DNA of 64,000 nt from Octopus sinensis. Taxonomy: Eukaryota. Of this stretch, positions 12,029 through 24,169 are shown piece after piece (positions within the stretch are counted from its first letter, which is position 1; every line of letters begins with the position of its first letter). The notes below the pieces were generated by a model, which worked only from the letters and a program-made list of their open reading frames with translations, was not told the origin of the DNA and made no database searches. Location: positions 38,564,001 to 38,628,000 of the forward strand of contig NC_043010.1 of NCBI RefSeq assembly GCF_006345805.1, read 5' to 3'. Position numbers and translations under genes: made by a program.

Positions 12029-13467
12029 TATAATTAATATAAAAAATAATGGCAATGTTATTAAAATAACTTCATTATTAACACTGTATCTAACTTTACC
12101 TTCCACCTGGGCTCCTGTGCAACAGTAATGATTGCAGGTAAAATTAATGGACAGAATCACAAAAAAATTCAGGTGAATAACAATAATAGGCCTATCTCTT
12201 AACTACCATATTTGTTCATTGCAGGCAAACTAATGGACAGAATCACAGAGCGGGGCTGGGGGATTCCCAGGAGAATAACAGTAATAGGTCTATCTTTCAA
12301 CTACTGTATTTGTTCACCTGAATTGCCACTTTCACCAGTTGGTAAAAAAAGAGACGGAGTGGTCAAGGGTGTACCGCCTTTGATTGTGGGTCTGTTTGAT
12401 CAAGGCTAAAGAGTAAAAGAATAACAACAGATGTTTGCACGAGTCATTGAAGAGTCCTTAGAAGCCGCTTGACTTGTTTGAAATAACAGCTAAATTCTTG
12501 AATCACACTGGATGATATTGTCTTGGAATAATAATAAAAAAGAGGATGGTTATAGTTGGAACACCAATGATCGTAAGTCTGGTTGATCAGGGCTAACGTG
12601 GGACTAAACAGCAACAGTATCAACAACAATAATAATGTTGTTGTAGCCGTCCAAGAATTTGGACCTGGAGATCTCCATTTCCAGTGACTTCGAGGGCCAC
12701 CTTCTAGTGGTGTCGGGCGTCAACGAAGAACCCTGGACTACAACAAGACGACCCAAAGTTTTTTTTTTTTTCCAAGGTCTGGGGTCTTCTGCCCCTAAGC
12801 CCTAGACCATCACCTAATCACCCTTACCCGTCTTGTTGCTTAACAACAACAACAACAGCAGCAGCAGTGATTACTTGAAAAAGAAAAGGAACATTACGTA
12901 ACTGCACTTAATGGATTTTGTGTTGTGAAAGAGGAAGACAATTTATTTAACAACATTGACAGCGATTATGGCAATTGTTTCATTAATTCATGCACATAAC
13001 TGGATAAAGTAGTTCTAGCCATTTAAGCATAACAGCAGAAGTTTATGGGGCAGTTGCTAGCAGGGGGTCATCCATCTGTTCTGTTTGGAGAGAATGTAGG
13101 AATTCATAGAAATAGTATTCAAACTTGCGTTGAATCAAGCAAAATTGATTAGAGGAGGTGAAAGGATGAAATCAAGGGACATGGGGTTAACAATTAGTTT
13201 GATTCAGCCATTGCAAAGAAGCCGTTTGTTGTCAGGTGTTGCTTGGACAGCGAATAGTGCAAACTTTTGAGCTATTACTTGTCTGAACTAGCACTCATGT
13301 ATTTGTTGCATTTGGAAGATTTGCAGATTGAGAAAGTTGGGCTCTACTGGCGAACCACTTCCAATGTACCCTCTACCAAACAGTGGAACTGTGTAGCATG
13401 AAACGGTGCATCAAAGCGAATTATCCTGTGTCTGCACCAGACTCAGGATAATTCACTATTTTGATCC

Positions 13468-14008
13468 CAGCGCCGCCTTGACTGGCTTCCGTACCGGTGG
13501 CACGTAAAAAGCACCAACCGATCGTGTACCGTTGCCAGCCTCTCCTGGCACCTGTGCCGATGGCACGTTAAAAGCACCATCTGTACGTGGCCGATGCCAG
13601 CCCCACCTTGTCTGGCTTCCGTGCTGGTAGCACTTAAAAAGCACCAACCGTTCGTGGCCGTTGCCAGCCTCCCCTGGCACCTGTGCCGATGGCACGTAAA
13701 AAGCACCATCTGTACGTGGCCGATGCCAGCGCTGCCTTGACTGGCTTCCGTGCCGGTGGCACGTAAAAAGCACCAACCGTTCGTGGCCGTTGCCAGCCTC
13801 CCCTGGCACCTGTGCCGGTGGCACGTAAAAAGCACCCACTACACTCACGGAGTGGTTGGCGTTAGGAAGGGCATCCAGCTGTAGAAACTCTGCCAGATCA
13901 GACTGGAGCCTGGTGCAGCCACCTGGCTTTCCAGACCCCGGTCGAACCGTCCAACCCATGCTAGCTTGGAAAACGGACGTTAAGCGATGATGATGATGAT
14001 GATGATGA
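13468..14008 (+). mobile_element. RTE 3'-tail element with an internal tandem array
   Basis: Six ggcacgtaaaaagcacc motifs at 13499, 13562, 13629, 13691, 13758 and 13820, followed by the standard tail and (GAT)n. Confidence 0.85.
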
Positions 14009-14505
14009 TTGTTTCATGCTTACCTCTTTACAAAGTTTACTCCCTTGAGTTACATAGTCTAAGGGAAATAACTCCAGAACTAGCATTATTTTTAAATAGT
14101 TAATATTCAAAATGAACGTGAACGCGTTCGGTGTTGTTGGATAAGGGTGTATTTTTTTTTTTATCTCTCAATTATATTATCGTGAGTTCAATTCTTTGAC
14201 CGGATGGTGCGTTGTGACCTTGGACAAGGCAATCCATTTCATGTTGCTGCAGCCCTGCCGACTGTTGGATCAGTTCTTTCGTCCTCCAGCTGTCATCCTG
14301 GAAGTGCTGCTGGGTAAAAACGGAAGGTGTCTATATTTCTGCTTATGACTTCACGGGCACCCAAAACAATTAATAAAAGCATGATGCTTATTACCAAGCC
14401 GTACTCGCTCACCCGTGGCGGCTGGATTTTAGCAATACATTAAGAAATTGTAACTGCATGATGTGCAAATCAGTTGAGATTGATTAAACATCGGAGTATT
14501 TAAAC

Positions 14506-14654
14506 CAGCCACGGGTAAACTGCGACCCGCGGGTCCTTCTGAATGGCACGCTTAAGGAAAAATTACTTTGAATGTATTAGAGATAGTGCGGTTCGCCTGA
14601 TGATGAGCCATTTCTAATACGGCCCGCTTCTCCAAGAAGCGTTGTCCATGCCTG
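14506..14654. mobile_element. Putative hAT-type MITE; second copy at 43499-43641
   Basis: Both copies share ttaaggaaaaatta...gatgatgagcc...catgcctg. Imperfect TIR cagccacg/catgcctg. No clear TSD. Confidence 0.45.
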
Positions 14655-14879
14655 ATACTGAGTTCATTATTTTGAGTTACGTAGACTTTTAAACACGATG
14701 CCAAATATTGTTGCTGCAGTCGATAAAGTCGATTCCTGTACGAGACTGGTACTTATCTTATCGGCCCTGAAAAGATTAAAGATTAAGTTGAACCCGATAG
14801 GATGCGAACTCGCGGCGTAACCGAATGCCAACAAAGCATTTGGTTTCATACGCATCGATTTTACAACCTCACCGTTGTG

Positions 14880-14918
14880 ATGATATAAATACTGCTTATA
14901 GTATTATATATACACATA

Positions 14919-14964
<46 letters not shown>

Positions 14965-15273
14965 TATATATATTACACACAAATAATATATATATATATA
15001 TAATATCTATATACACAACACACATATATATATATATTATATATATTATATATATATACACCACACACACATATAATATATATCTATATATATATATATA
15101 CACACAATATTTATATATACACACATATATATATATATATATATATAATATAAGTAATTAAGGGTTTAGCAACGAATTGCCTTCACCAACACACCGAATT
15201 TAGAAATAGCAGTCAAAAGAGATATAGCTATGTGTAATTATATATATATATATAATATATATATGATATGATA

Positions 15274-15306
<33 letters not shown>

Positions 15307-15348
15307 GTGGTATATATATATATGTGTGTATATTTATATATGTGTGTG

Positions 15349-15381
<33 letters not shown>

Positions 15382-15450
15382 GGTGTATATATTATAGTGT
15401 GTGTAATATATATATATGTCTATATATATATATGTGTGTGTATTATATAT

Positions 15451-15516
<66 letters not shown>

Positions 15517-15520
15517 CACC

Positions 15521-15576
<56 letters not shown>

Positions 15577-15580
15577 GTGA
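14880..15580. repeat. Compound (TA)n/(TG)n microsatellite; similar tracts occur at about 5490-5910, 25290-25830, 27400-27950, 34960-35185, 40190-40510, 42080-42540, 45220-45750, 46950-47630 and 50890-51400
   Basis: Direct reading. These tracts explain the YI/HT/CV/LSIY low-complexity ORFs. Confidence 0.95.
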
Positions 15581-16142
15581 AATAGAAAGATGAATAATCT
15601 TGTAGATTAATCAAAAGCTCAACCGATACTTAGTAGCAAAAATCACAGCAGTAAACAGCACGGTTGGAGGTACAACCATATGGTGTTGCAACCGTGGTTG
15701 GTGCGGATAATTGAAATTAAAATATTATTGGTGAATTGAAGAAATGGAGCTGAACGCAGATTGAACAGAAATCGTTTTATTTCATTCTACACGTGTTCGA
15801 AAGGCACAATTTACCAAAATCCGATGAATAATGGGACCATATTGTGTCTTTCTCTTCAGGAAGAAAATAGGAAAATCCGTTGGAAAAAACAAAAAAACAG
15901 AACAGGCGGAGCAAAAACAAATCGAACTAGGCTCCTAAGAGCCCATGGCGAAACTGTTTATCAGTGTATGTTGAGAACCGGTGGCTGAAGAATTTAGCGG
16001 TTCAGGCATCGGTCAATCATGTGGGTGAGGGTGGTGTAGATGTTCTTTGTGACCGAGAATAAAGTTCTGACTATTTAAGGAATATTGGATGTTTTATAAG
16101 GGGCGAGAAAAAATCTACTTAGAGACGTGAGTGTGTATACTG

Positions 16143-16181
<39 letters not shown>

Positions 16182-16340
16182 TAGTTATCGCCATACTAAT
16201 ATGGCATTCTTATAAAAATAAGAATAAAGCTGACCGCTTATTAGCTCCATGCGCATCGCCTTAAGTTAGCTATTTGATACACAAACTGTATCCATATACC
16301 TTTGAAAAAAGGGAGGTCAGTCGCTCCACACTTGCCGGCA

Positions 16341-16381
16341 GCTACAGACGCGTTTCGGGGTATTGCCCTTTTCAATGCAGC
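16341..16381 (-). ncRNA. Minimal type I hammerhead ribozyme, U3-A8 core variant
   Basis: gctgca UUGAAAA ggg-caauac-ccc GAAA CGCG UC uguagc: stem I 6 bp (one G-U), stem II 3 bp, palindromic stem III ACGCGU, GUC cleavage triplet. Confidence 0.75.
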
Positions 16382-16546
16382 GTAGCCAAACCAGTAGGTG
16401 TCGCTTCCGACAATCTCTGTTCAAAGGTTTTATTTACCTAGCTTCGGTGGAATACATCCACTTGTTTTCAATAATAGAAATATTAAAATTACTAAGTCTC
16501 TCTAAAGAGAACAACGGCAGCGTTCCCGGAAAATATTAGTTATCGC

Positions 16547-16583
16547 CATTGAAAAGGGGCAATACCCGAAACGCGTCTGTAGC
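16547..16583 (+). ncRNA. Second copy of the U3-A8 hammerhead, with 5' strand of stem I truncated
   Basis: ca TTGAAAA ggggcaataccc GAAA CGCGTC tgtagc. Confidence 0.6.
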
Positions 16584-16890
16584 TGCCGGCAAAGTAGTGT
16601 GAGCGACTGACCTCCCTGTTCAAAGGTTATATGGATACAGTTTGGTTATCAAATAGCTAACTTAAGGCGATGGCCTCATGGAGCTAAAAGCGGTCAGCTT
16701 TATTCTTATTTTTATAAGAATGCCATATTAGTATGGCGATAACTAATATTTTCCGGGAACGCTGCCGTTGTTCTCTTTTAGAGAGACTTAGTAATTTTAA
16801 TATTTCTATTATATTATATATATATAATATATATATAATATATATTATATATATATATATTGATCAGTGGGTGTTTGTGCACACACATAC

Positions 16891-17149
16891 ATGATGGCGG
16901 TCCACTCGTGACCGAGGAAGACCATTGCTGACCTTCAGGAACATTGTGCGCTCTAGGACTAACTTATATTTTGCATTTGCGGCTCCGTTGGTGGCTAATG
17001 AGCCCTGCTCTTGACAAGCATACACAATTGCAAACATTGCAAACCAAGCTTTCCCCATTCACTACACCAGGAATGCGCTTTCGAGCAGCACGCTTAAGTT
17101 CTTCATGCAGAATACGTTCTCTCACAAAGGTGTCGACTCCCTCCCTCCA
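16891..17149 (-). mobile_element. 3' end of an RTE-BovB-like LINE with a C-terminal C2H2-like finger
   Basis: WREGVDTFVRERILHEELKRAARKR...CNVCNCVCLSRAGLISHQRS, followed by a short UTR ending cacgagtggaccgccatcat. Confidence 0.7.
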
Positions 17150-17425
17150 TACATGCATGCATGCATGCATGGACGCCAGATAGCCGATTGGTTGAAAAAT
17201 TTGCCTCACAGTCGCGAGGTCTCAGGTTCAATTCCACTGCATGACACCATGGGCAAGTATTTTTTCCCTTTTACTGTATTTTCGGGTTGACTCAAAGTGG
17301 GTTAACGGAAACTATGTAGCATCCCGTCGGATGGATGATACATGTGGTGTACAGATCCGTCCTTCTCACATATTAAGTCATCTTGATCCTGTTTGTGAAT
17401 TTCATTAAGAATATACGTATCTGTG

Positions 17426-17620
17426 AAGGTGGCGAGCTGGGCGAAATGCTTAGCGGTATTTCGTTTGTCTTTATGTTCTGAGTTCAAATTCCGCCGTGGT
17501 CAACTTTGCCTTTCACTCTTTCGGGGTCGATAAGTTAAGTACCAGTTGCGTACTGGGGTCGATCTAATCGACTGACCTCCTTCTCAAAAATTTCGGGCCT
17601 TGTGCCTAGAGTAGAAAAGA
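17426..17620 (+). mobile_element. SINE2 copy with a 19-bp flanking direct repeat
   Basis: aagaatatacgtRtctgtg at 17407-17425 and 17617-17635. Confidence 0.8.
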
Positions 17621-18264
17621 ATATACGTGTCTGTGGAATGGTCAGTCACTTTACACGCTAATTCTGTAAAATGATCGAATAAGTTGATTCCTATCGTCGA
17701 AACCGACGGGGATCCATTTTTCATTACCATTATATCTGATGTTGTGAACTATGGCTAACCACATTGATCGGCTCAATGTTGGATCTAGGGCAACAAACTT
17801 CAGCTTAGGCGCTCACAATCCGTAGACAGTTCAAATTAATTAAAAAGGCATATTTTTTAGTATCTATGATCTGGAGAACTTTTTTTAATAAGAGTCTTCT
17901 GAAATTTATATAGTTTCGGGTCTTACGTGTCTAAAATCAGCACCAAATAAGGTCAACATTTTATATTCCAATGGACAGTTGTAAGTTTTAATTATACTGG
18001 ACATTTAGCCGTAAATATATAAAACAAGGGAGCACAGTTTGTTCCTTTGCCATGAGTAATGGAAATTTGTGGAATTGGCACATTTCTTCAGTTACTTTCC
18101 ATTTGTTTTCCATTAAGTGGAATTCCGTAGCAGAATGGATCCCATTGTGGTGGTAAAGTTAGCGACGTTAAGTAGCAGGAGCACTCTTTAAGTAACGTGT
18201 GTTTAAATTTCACTGCTGGTAATTTTATTTACTGCTCAATTTAGAGTAATTAACATTTTAGAAA

Positions 18265-18540
18265 GTGGAGGCACATGGCCTAGTAGTGAGAGCAGTGGAC
18301 TCGCGGGTTCGAATCTCAGACCGGGCGATGTGTATGTTTATGAGCGAAACACCTAAGCTCTACGCGGCTCCGGCAGAAGGTAATGTCGAACTTCTGCCGA
18401 CTCTTTCGCCACTCTTTCCTCCTGCATCTTGCAGCTCTCCTGCGACGGACCGGCGTCCCGTCCAGTTGGGGAACCTATACGCCAAGGAAACCGGGAAACT
18501 GGCCCTTATGAGCAAGGCATGGCTCGAGAAGGAACAAACA
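18265..18540 (+). mobile_element. tRNA-derived SINE, head B + tail X
   Basis: ggcctagtagtgag...ggttcgaatctc head, gagcgaaacacctaagctc segment, and tgcgacggaccggcgtcccgtccag tail. Confidence 0.8.
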
Positions 18541-18614
18541 ATAGTTTAGAAGGAGTTGAGCTCTGTAGTGTCCCACAGAGCTCTCTAATGAATATGCTAA
18601 TGTAACCGATCAAA

Positions 18615-19080
18615 TTAGGTATTGGTGGGGCATGTGCCATTGCTGCACGTCAGTGCGTTCACCATTTGTCAGTATTTGGTCGGATCGTTGCGGGCAACCC
18701 TGCGAACGGTGTCCCAATCAGTCCTCATCTTTGCGAGACACTTCCTCATCCCGCGTGACTATGAGGCATGTGGCCGACCGGTACGAGCTGTCTCTCTAGC
18801 CGGATCTTCAGAGATGAGAACACGATACGCAGGATTCAACTCGGGAGATCGAGTAACGTGACTTATCAATCTGAGCTGACACATTCCCGAATCATACAAG
18901 AAATAAGACGCATCTGAGTTTCTGAGTTTAGTCGTTGCTTGGATACGAAATCCGACTAACGGTTATCCATAATCCTGTGAAGCGTCCTGGTACCAAAGAA
19001 GTTCAGGCGGCTCCTAAGGGCCCCGGATATTGTCCAAGTTTCGCATCTATGGAGCAAGCCGGGGAAGACCAGAGACCTCT
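18615..19080 (-). mobile_element. 5'-truncated RTE LINE, a third family (ORF2 C-terminus, frameshifted)
   Basis: LVFPGLLHRCETWTISGALRSRLNFFGTRTLHRIM...QLRLISHVTRSPELNPAYRVLISEDP...GRPHAS. Not visible in the ORF track. Confidence 0.8.
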
Positions 19081-19088
19081 CTAATTAT

Positions 19089-19425
19089 ATTATTTACGTT
19101 TGATGGATATTTGTCCTCATCTTGTTTATTGTTAACACAACATTTCAGCTGATATACCCTCCAGCCTTCTTCAGGTGTCCTGGGGAAATTTCGAACCTGG
19201 GTTCTCATTCCTAAGGTATTTTTCAATGTTGTTGTTGTTGTTATTATTATTATAACCTTGAAAAATACCTCAGGAACGAGAACATAGGTTCGAAATTTCC
19301 CCAGGACACCTGAAGAAGGCTGGAGGTTATATAAGCCGAAACGGTGTGTTAATAACAAAAATGAAGACAAATATCCGTCAAATGTAAATAATGTAAATAA
19401 TTCCTCATCTCTTAAATATAGAACT
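19089..19425. mobile_element. Head-to-head inverted pLTR-like element with a HHR motif in each arm
   Basis: Arms 19089-19226 and 19258-19391, with a 31-nt (GTT)/(ATT) spacer. acac CTGAAGA a ggct...agcc GAAA cg(t/g)t gtgt at 19306-19349 (+) and 19135-19178 (-). Confidence 0.8.
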
Positions 19426-21117
19426 GTATCTGTTAATTAATTATGCAATACAATCGCCAGTTTTCCCGACTGTCCTATGAACTTTATTTGCCCTTGTCAA
19501 ACGTGTTTGCATTCATTTTGATCTGTGCTTACTGCAACTGGGAGCGAAATACTGAGCAAAGGATTTAGGCCAAGGATGCGAGCAAAATTGTTCGCATTTG
19601 TCCCTGGTGATATTACAGATCTGCTAAAATCTGTACGATTTTAGGAAATCAGCGTTGCTCGGCATTCACAGTTCTCAACTAAGCTGTGCAATGCAGTCGG
19701 TAGAACTCCAACCCTTGCATTCTATACAAGGTCAATGAAAGGGTGTGCCTTTAAACCTTCATCTCACGTAAAACATCGTTGAGAGACAGTTGAATGTGGG
19801 CTTGGTGTTTGTAGGACGTTGAACAATTTAAACCAAGAGAAAATATCCAATGGAGTCGACCATCTCTACCCGTCAGCCGTCCTAGGCGTAGCTGCTTTTG
19901 GACGCCGAATTATTGCATTATACAACAGCATATATTTTGGTGCCGAAAATAAATTATCATTTATTGGGACCGGTTGACTTCATGTGGTCAGTCCATCAAT
20001 GGTAGCCTCATTTACGGATTTTGTACATTTTAGTTTTTGAGAAATTGTGGAAGTTTTACATACTGAGATTCAGAAAGATAGTGTCTATATATGCAAGTGG
20101 TGTCTCTGAATTTGAGCGTGGATATGCACTAATAAAATGTTGGGGTAAAAAGAGAATAACCTTCGAGGAAAAGACGATGGGTTTATAATTTGGAGTGGGA
20201 AGTCCATCTCGATCAGCATTTGTTGATGGACCAAAGGTTTAATGTAAGTGTTCAAGGTCTGATTTGATCCACATCTCATCGTGAATAAGGATTACGATAA
20301 AGTGGCGATCAGAACGGTTAATATAATTCAATTTTATGTAGGAAGCCTCTGTAAGGACGTTTGGTCTACTAGAAATAACAACCAAATCTTTCCTAGTTCT
20401 CGCCACATTTGTCTTAAATTAATGAAGGAAACCTTGGATAAATACGAGTCGCAGTTATAATGCAGCGGCTTTGATTATGGATCTGCTCATCATGGCTGAT
20501 ATAGTACTCCTCCTCCTCCTCCTCCTCAACACCACCACCACCACCACCACGGAAATGGGTTCAGAAGCTTCTTCGATTCAATTCATAAGGATCGATGGAG
20601 GTAACGGATGTATAGTGTATTAGCGCCTGATAACCGCGCGGATATAGATCTGTTATATATCAGTCTAAACCAGATGAATTTCCTCTTTCGATTCTTGAGG
20701 TGTCTTTAGTCTGTTTCCAATATCAATTCATGGCAAGTATCGAAATATCGTATTTGATTTGCGTTCTGACTTCAAATCTCTGTGATCTGTGTGTATACAG
20801 TGAACTAGTACTGATGCAATTGAGTCTACACATGTACATTTGTATATACGAGGATGCTGCGTATGATGTGACGATCCAACCAAGATGTGCTTCTGAAATG
20901 AAAACAAGTTGGGAAGTGGTGAATTTATGATCTCGATGTAGCGTAGTCTGTTCTGTTTAGGACAGTGCGTGCAGGAGATATATACTTCAAGAAGCATCAT
21001 GTCTAGGAATTCTGTCGTGTTGACGACATCATGTGCATAAAAAGTGGTAATTTGAAGCAGCATCATGTACAATCAGCAATATTTTCTGTGCAGCAACACA
21101 TGTAATAGGGCCGTGTT

Positions 21118-21335
21118 GACCGGCAGCCTGCAATGGCTGAGAAACTGCGAAATACCCAGGGGTTAAGTCAATGACGTCGAACCTTATACTCAAGTGGTAC
21201 TTTTTTTTGTCGACCCCAAAAGGATGAAAGGTAAGTTCGACTCTAGTGGAATTTGAACTTAAAACTTAAGTACGGATGAAATGCTGTTAAGCATTTCGTC
21301 CGGTGTGCCAGCGATTCTGCCAGTTCACTGCCTAA
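21118..21335 (-). mobile_element. SINE2 copy
   Basis: Reverse complement of the gttcaaatt B-box and ctttcatccttttggggtcgac...aagtaccac domain. Confidence 0.65.
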
Positions 21336-21460
21336 AAGACATTAATTATTAAGATTTAGTTTAACTTGGTGAAAAGAGAAAGACTGCATTCTATATTGGC
21401 GAAAGAAAAAAATTACCAAAATTTTCGTGGTCATTGAGAAGCTGAAAATTTATTGTACAT

Positions 21461-21843
21461 AAGCGTAGGAGTGGCTGTGTGGTAAGTAGCTTGCTTACCA
21501 ACCACATAGTTCCGGGCTCAGTCCCACTGCGTGGCACCTTGGGCAAGTGTCTTCTACTATAGCCTCGGGCCGACCAAAGCCTTGTGAGTGGATTTGGTAG
21601 ACGGAAACTGAAAGAAGCTCGTCGTATATATGTTTGTGTGTCTGTGTTTGTCCAGCCATCATCGCTTGACAACCGATGCTAGTGTGTTAACGTCCCCGTA
21701 ACTTAGCGGTTCGGGAAAAGAGACCAATAGAAAAAGTACTAGGCTTACAAAGAATAAGTCCTGGGGTCGATTTGCTCGACTAAAGGCGGTGCTCCAGCAT
21801 GGCCACAGGTAAATGACTGAAACAAGTAAAAGAGTAAAAGAGA
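21461..21843 (+). mobile_element. SINE1 full copy with a minimal internal microsatellite
   Basis: Complete head, core and tail. Best local reference copy. Confidence 0.9.
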
Positions 21844-22010
21844 CGAATATATATATATATATATATATATATTCAAGAATATAAAAAAAATCTGACGTAG
21901 TTTTCTTTAAAAAACTTTTTTTTGTTTGAAAACAAGCAAATGAGCAATTCTGAAATTAAAAACAAAACAAAACAATGAAATAATACAAAGTTTCGAATAT
22001 AATTCATATA

Positions 22011-22650
22011 ACTTTTTATCGCGTAGCAGAAATTCTTGCAAAACGGAATGCAGTCAATAATATAAGAGAACCACTTGTTTTGCTGGTGTACGGTTTGATT
22101 GCTTGAACAATGATTGGCAGTGAAGTTGAATGAGAAAATGCCAAAATTGTTTTGTCTAATAATTGAGTCCAAAGAATAATAATTGAAATGTCTTCTAACA
22201 TCAAAGGGCAGGTTTCAATTGAAGCATAGAAATTCAATTTTGCTTCGATTGAATTTAGTCAATTCAGTCTTGAAATTGACGAGTGAAGCGGTATATTAAG
22301 CGTCAAAGAATCGAAGAATTTCTTTAGTTTATTATGGGAAATGAACTTGCAAACTTAGTTTTATACTTGAGAAATCATTTCACGACACAGCAGAATTAAA
22401 AATATAGTCGATGATTTGGTTGCATGTTAAAGAAAAAAAAAAAAAAAAAAAAAAAGAAAGAAGTAAAAGATAATTAGATCTTTCATGGAGATAAACTTTC
22501 AACAAATAGTATTCCGTCTTTGATAGGAGATATCAAAGATTTTGGTTTTACTAGCCCCCTTGAAAAAAAGCTATTTATAGGATATGCACTCAATGCTTTT
22601 GTATAGACAGGTTCTTATTGGGAAAATTACCAGAATCTGGTCATACCAAT
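22011..22650 (+). pseudogene. Decayed hAT (Charlie/Buster-type) transposase fragment
   Basis: With stops: FYRVAEILAKR...KIVLSNN*VQRIIIEMSSNIK...SQFSLEIDE*, resembling KIPLSNNTVQRRI..MS and FSLQLDES. Later PSLIG and LYRQVLI resemble the APSMIG and HRE segments. Confidence 0.6.
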
Positions 22651-23319
22651 AGTCAGTCTGGTGAAACTAATACTTTCTAAGAAGGTAAGACTTGCTCAAA
22701 CAGCAAGAACGACTTGCTCAAGCAGCCTTCCAAAGCCCTGGATTCTCATCGTAGGTTTTAATTATGTAATAATTAAAGAGTTGATGATGTTTGTATTAAA
22801 ATCATGCTAACAGATGTAGAGCAAAATAAATGAAAATTTGAAATATCATTGAAAGCTTTTGTTTTCTCTTCTTGTAAATATTTTGCCCAAACACTCGTCG
22901 TTGCCAGTTTGAATTTTATGTAAATTATGATAAGGTTATGGGAATAAAGTTTTAATATGCAGGAATTTAACGTTGCGTTATAAGAACTAAACACTTGTAT
23001 TTGTGGATATATATACTTACAGTCCTTAAGCACTCAACCAAAATATCACACACACACACTCACACACACACACATTTGAACATAGTATGTGGACAGGGGT
23101 ATGATCCAAGCTATGTCTTCTTGAAGCATATCTGCTTATTCTGGTACTTCAACAATGTATGTAGATGTTATAGTGGTGCCAAGTATTCAGAAGAGTTGAA
23201 AAATACCGCTAAATAGTTTTCAAGAGCAGTTACATAACAATACAGGAAATTGTGGGAAATGAGACACGTGTAATGGTAAATAAATAATACCAAATATATG
23301 TATGTATATATATATACTT

Positions 23320-23630
23320 ATGTGGAGGCGCAATGGCCTAGTGGTTAGGGCAGCGAACTCGCGATCGAAGGATCACGGTTTCGATTCCCAGACCGGGCGT
23401 TGTGTGTGTTTATTGAGCGAAAACACCTAAAGCTCCACGAGGCTCCGGCAGGGGGGTGGGTGGCAACCCCTGTTGTACTCTTTCGCCCCAACTTTGTCTC
23501 ACTCTTTCTTCCTGTTTCTTGGGTAACGATGCGATGTACTGGCGTCCTGTCCAGCTGGGGGGAACACATACGCCACAGAAACCGGGAAACCGGGCCCATG
23601 AGCCTGGTTGGGCTTGAAAAGGGCGCAAAA
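23320..23630 (+). mobile_element. tRNA-derived SINE, head B + tail X
   Basis: ggaggcgcaatggcctagtggttaggg...gtttcgattccc, and tgcgatgtactggcgtcctgtccagc tail. Confidence 0.85.
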
Positions 23631-23691
23631 AAAGTATACTAAAGCAAATATGTATATATATTCAAATATATAAGTGTATATATTGTTAAGT

Positions 23692-23741
<50 letters not shown>

Positions 23742-24169
23742 TTAACTATATCTACGTGTGTGTAAGTATAAACAAAGTAACATTTGTTTCATTTGAAGCA
23801 TTGAAATATTTTTGTCGAACGCAGAATTGCCGTTAAAATCAGCAGAAATACTGGGTAACCTACCCTTACAAAACGAAAAAATTGTCAATAAACAGCCAAA
23901 GGACTCGAACTCACATCCATCAAGAGTCCGGCTGAGTATTTTAATAGTAAGCTCAGCTGCCTGCTGACTAATTTTTAACCACCGATTTAGACGGCAAATA
24001 GCTCATTGAACAACACGTGTATATAAAGACAAATAAACTAATATTTGTTTTATTCGGCACGTCGAAATGTGTATTGTACAATTCAAACAAGAAGATATAA
24101 TGATATGTAATTGTAAGATTCAAGGACCTAGGTTTAGAAAGTTAATATACTTCGAGCAGTCCGAAATAT

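Larger units (their letters stand above)
16175..16812. mobile_element. HHR-bearing Penelope-pLTR/retrozyme-like element: 355-nt monomer (-) plus inverted partial copy (+), embedded in (TA)n
   Basis: aaaatattagttatcgcca repeats at 16175 and 16530. 16547-16812 is an inverted copy. (TA)-rich tracts flank both sides. Confidence 0.8.

Noticed and set aside
13499-13836. CRISPR array
   Set aside because: The spacers alternate between two repeated types, the array lies in a eukaryotic LINE tail, and no cas genes are present.
14597-14650. Hammerhead at CTGATGA
   Set aside because: No GAAA follows the stem. The segment belongs to a MITE whose second copy (43499-43641) lacks the motif.
15860-15990. 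Possible exon after tctttctcttcag
   Set aside because: No recognisable protein in any frame, and no partner exons or convincing donor site.
20800-21100. Penelope RT remnant (FCRVDDIMCI, SLHMYI)
   Set aside because: Only two weak motif resemblances across stops and frame changes. Cannot be supported without a profile search.
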